From Octopus sinensis (lineage: Eukaryota), in contig NC_043002.1 of the NCBI RefSeq assembly GCF_006345805.1, positions 111,476,001 through 111,540,000 of the forward strand: a stretch of 64,000 nt of DNA, written 5' to 3'. Positions within the stretch are counted from its first letter, which is position 1, and each line of letters starts with the position of its first letter. A program made the translations under genes and the position numbers. Shown here in pieces: positions 63,152 to 64,000 of this stretch. The notes below the pieces were generated by a model that searched no databases, was not told the DNA's origin, and worked only from the letters and a program-made list of their open reading frames with translations.

Positions 63152-64000
63152 TAAAAAAAATGTGTGTTAAACAAGTATGAAAACCAAAATTTGCACCAAC
63201 AAACCAGAGAGTGAGGAGTTTACTTTAACTCCCAGTCAAAAACAAAAAAATAAGTGTAATAGGTGTAAAAAAATGGTAAAATTTTACTGAAAAATATGTA
63301 TTAAACGAATATAAAAACAAGTTTGCGCTAACGAACTTTGGAGGAGGACTTTCGAAAATTTACAAGATTCGATTTTTTCTCTCATAACTTTTAGTAATAA
63401 AAAAAAGGTTTTAAAAAAGATCCCATTTATGAATTTGTTTCTCTTACCAAGATACATGGGATCTTTTTTAAAAACCTTTTTCAGATCTTTTCCTTTTGAT
63501 GGACGGAATTTTCTAGTTAACTTAAACAATTTGAAACTTCGTATACTGGTAGAATGTGTCAAAAGAAAACATTATTGTAAATAAAATTGTAATTAGATCC
63601 CCTTTTTCTATTACTCAAACGAAAAATAAATGAATCTAAAAATCTTGTTTTCAAACTTTTATTTCCATTACACTCAAGCAAAAAAATAATTTATAAAATA
63701 TTTTCTCTTCGAAAGTCCTCTCCCCACCCACTCGGAAAATAATTTTCCCCATAAATTTCTTTATAATTGCAATCTATGCTGTTTGAAAGGTATTTATATA
63801 AAATTTCATCAAAAGATATCCATTTCCCTAAAAGTTACGAGGGAAAAATCAGATCTTGTGAATTTTCCGAAAGTCCTCTCCCCGTCCACTCCGGTTCGTT
63901 GGCACAAAGTTTTGTTTCCATATTCGTTTAATACACATTTTTTTACACCTGTTACACTTTTTTTTCTTTAGTTTTTGGTGACCAGGGTTTAAAGTAAACA
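63139..64000. mobile_element. Foldback/long-TIR element, probably running off the window
   Basis: 63218-63394 is a diverged inverted repeat of 63828-63999; subrepeats; internal hairpin 63401-63481. Confidence 0.65.

Overview
AT-rich, microsatellite-dense animal genomic DNA. The repeat families look like those of an octopus; this is recalled, not verified. One clear protein-coding gene is present: GTF3C1, the TFIIIC B-box-binding subunit (2025 aa). It is encoded by a single uninterrupted 6.1-kb exon (35508-41585, +), with a splice acceptor 9 nt before the ATG. The rest of the window is repeats: a 5.4-kb (TA)n/(TATC)n array, three tRNA-headed SINE families (called A, B and C here), 3' ends of an RTE LINE (family D), nine non-autonomous Helitrons, piggyBac-type and other MITEs, mariner remnants, and fragments of Tx1-, CR1-, RTE- and RLE-type LINEs. 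The strongest unexpected signal concerns SINE-B. All five copies with readable target-site duplications have a TSD starting with GGTA. SINE-B also shares its 3' tail with a Tx1-like LINE remnant inserted in a (TC)n microsatellite. Together these suggest a SINE mobilised by a target-specific Tx1-clade LINE. Other notable items are a MITE carrying a telomere-like array, a Helitron-bounded tandem duplication with a chimeric middle copy, and several local inverted duplications.
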